Source of the DNA: an uncultured Gemmatimonadota bacterium
GTDB lineage: Bacteria; Blakebacterota; Blakebacteria; Blakebacterales; Blakebacteraceae
Length of the DNA stretch: 51,242 nt
Assembly (NCBI GenBank): GCA_964576115.1
Contig: CAZNUA010000024.1
Span: 1 to 51,242 of the forward strand
Reading direction: 5' to 3'
Of this stretch, positions 49,462 to 51,242 are shown piece after piece. The translations under genes were made by a program, and so were the position numbers. Each line of letters opens with the position of its first letter. Position 1 is the stretch's first letter. The notes under the pieces were generated by a model. It was not told where the DNA came from. It did not search any database and saw nothing but the letters and a program-made list of their open reading frames with translations.

Positions 49462-51021
49462 TTACATCCCGCCGGTCACGCCCGCCAGAATTCCCTCGGG
49501 CAGGTAGAGGGTGGCGCCGGGGCCGACCGGGATACCCAGCGCCATCCAGACGATCAGCAGGATCGTCCAGATGATCAGGAAGGCGATGGTATAGGGGAGC
49601 ATCGTCGCGATCACGGTCCCGATACCGGCTTTCTCGTCATAGCGTTCCACAAACGCCACGATCAGGGCGAAGTAGCTCATCATCGGGGCGATGATGTTGG
49701 TCGTGGAATCCCCGATCCGGTAGGCCACCTGGGTGAACTCGGGGCTGATGTTGAGCAGCATCAGCATGGGAATGAAGACCGGTGCCATGATGGCCCACTT
49801 GGCCGACGCGCTTCCCATGAACAGGTTCACGAAGCCCGACATCACCACGAAAGTCACCATCAGCAGGATCGTCGGCAGGTTCAGGGCTGCCAGCACTTCG
49901 GCTCCCTTCACGGCGAAGATGAGCCCCAGGTTCGACATCCGGAAGAAAGCCACGAACTGGGAAGCGAAGAAGACCAGCACCATATACAGCGCCAGGGTCT
50001 CCATCGCTTTCGACATCCCCTTCATGACATCCTTGTCGTTCCGGTAGGTCCCGGCGCCGATGCCGTAGGCCACCCCGCAGAGACCGAAAATGATGAAGAT
50101 CAGGGCCACGATCCCTTCCAGGAAGGGGGAGTGGAGCAGGCTCCCGGTCTCGGGATTGCGCAGGAACCCGCCGGCCGGAACAGTGCCGGCCAGGAGCACG
50201 AGCGTGATGGCGATCAGGGTGAAGAGCGCATAGCGGAGCCCCCGGAGCTCTTCCGGGGTCAGATCGCGCAGCTCTTCCGGTTTCTCATCGCCCGTATACT
50301 CCCCCAGGCGGGGGGCGACGATCCTCTCGGTCACCCAGGTGCCGGCGCCTGCGATCAGGAAGGTCGAGGCGGCCATGAAATACCAGTTGCAGGCGGCGTT
50401 GACCTGGTAACCGGGGATAAGGATCTGGGCCGCTTCCTGCGAAAGCCCGGCCAGCAGGGGGTCGATCGTGCCCAGGACCAGGTTGGCGCTGTAGCCCCCC
50501 GAGACCCCGGCGAATGCGGCCGCCAGACCCGCGATGGGGTGCCGGCCCACGGCCAGGAAGATGATCGCGCCCAGGGGGACCAGCAGCACGTACCCGATCT
50601 CGCTGGCGGCGTTGCTGAACACTCCGGCCAGCACGATCACGAAGGTGAGCAGGTGACGCGGGGCGGTGATGACCATCAGCCGCAGCCCCGACCCGATCAG
50701 GCCGCTTCCCTCCGATATCCCGATCCCGAGCATGGCCACCAGCACCGTCCCGAGCGGCGCGAAGCTGGTGAAGTTGACCACCATGTCCTGCAGGATGTGA
50801 TGCAGGCCCTCGATCGAGACCAGGTTCACGGGCACGATCGTCTCGCCGGTGCCGGGGTGGACCGCCGACCAGTTCAGCAGCGCCCCCAGACCGGAGAAGA
50901 GGATGGCCGCCACCGCCATGAGACCGAAGATCGTGGCCGGGTGGGGCAGGGCGTTACCGACTTTCTCGATGATTTCCAGGGAACGGCGGATGAATCTGCC
51001 GCGCTCTCTACTCCTGGCCAT
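49462..51021 (-). CDS. AbgT family transporter (p-aminobenzoyl-glutamate/YdaH/MtrF-like)
   Basis: [73 protein letters not shown]....[12 protein letters not shown]; start at ATG 51021 with AAGGGG RBS. Confidence 0.93.
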   Translation of the reverse strand: MARSRERGRFIRRSLEIIEKVGNALPHPATIFGLMAVAAILFSGLGALLNWSAVHPGTGETIVPVNLVSIEGLHHILQDMVVNFTSFAPLGTVLVAMLGIGISEGSGLIGSGLRLMVITAPRHLLTFVIVLAGVFSNAASEIGYVLLVPLGAIIFLAVGRHPIAGLAAAFAGVSGGYSANLVLGTIDPLLAGLSQEAAQILIPGYQVNAACNWYFMAASTFLIAGAGTWVTERIVAPRLGEYTGDEKPEELRDLTPEELRGLRYALFTLIAITLVLLAGTVPAGGFLRNPETGSLLHSPFLEGIVALIFIIFGLCGVAYGIGAGTYRNDKDVMKGMSKAMETLALYMVLVFFASQFVAFFRMSNLGLIFAVKGAEVLAALNLPTILLMVTFVVMSGFVNLFMGSASAKWAIMAPVFIPMLMLLNISPEFTQVAYRIGDSTTNIIAPMMSYFALIVAFVERYDEKAGIGTVIATMLPYTIAFLIIWTILLIVWMALGIPVGPGATLYLPEGILAGVTGGM

Positions 51022-51201
51022 GGCACCCCTTTCGGGTCGGGTCCGGCGAAAGATGTACCGTCTCTCCACCCCCCGACGCAAGTACGGTTATTCCGTGCTT
51101 CGAAGACTCCCGTATGAACATAAGGAGGCAGGGAGGCAAGTGCCGGTCCATCCGACTGCGTGACGGCTCCAGACAGATGAGAACCGAGTAATCTGCGGTG
51201 A

Positions 51202-51242
51202 CTACTCGTCCAGGGGCAGCCTGGCGAGCCAGGCGCGGATTG
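51202..51242 (-). CDS. possible 3' end of a gene running off the window
   Basis: Minus strand ...IRAWLARLPLDE-TAG with GC3-rich codons; too short to identify. Confidence 0.3.
   Translation of the reverse strand, partial: IRAWLARLPLDE

Overview
High-GC bacterial chromosomal window, probably from a metagenome-assembled scaffold (one 100-N gap). PorV-like/T9SS-CTD genes, a PadR-ADOP pair, a VPS10/BNR protein and the FtsZ tail [13 protein letters not shown] suggest an FCB-superphylum, Gemmatimonadota-like lineage; this is inference only. Left arm (1-7.1 kb): accA, a short Trm112/YcaR gene missing from the ORF track, a 4x13-bp tandem repeat, and a strong sigma70 promoter with a structured leader. 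These precede a PorV-family barrel, an M6 metalloprotease with a T9SS-type C-terminal domain, and an internally duplicated membrane protein. Middle (7.4-25.6 kb): dcw cluster mraZ-[STAS]-rsmH-ftsL-ftsI-murE-murF-mraY-murD-ftsW-murG-murC-murB-ftsQ-ftsA-ftsZ. It carries an inserted anti-anti-sigma-like STAS gene with Tyr in place of the phospho-acceptor Ser, and a MurG lacking the HEQN motif. Right arm (25.6-51.2 kb, accessory): PadR+ADOP permease, His-rich metal transporter, a DoxX/Gfo/MFS/Gfo/TIM-barrel-DUF1080-DUF1080 operon resembling 3-keto-glycoside catabolism, and a near-consensus sigma54 promoter before an orphan lipoprotein next to a GAF-AAA+ enhancer-binding protein. It ends with a HExxH lipoprotein, a VPS10/BNR protein, an AEC transporter, an AAA_14-DUF4143 ATPase with a palindromic operator, a CocE/NonD hydrolase, osmC and an AbgT transporter. 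No tRNA, rRNA, CRISPR array or transposase was recognised. All family calls come from motif recognition by eye, not database searches.
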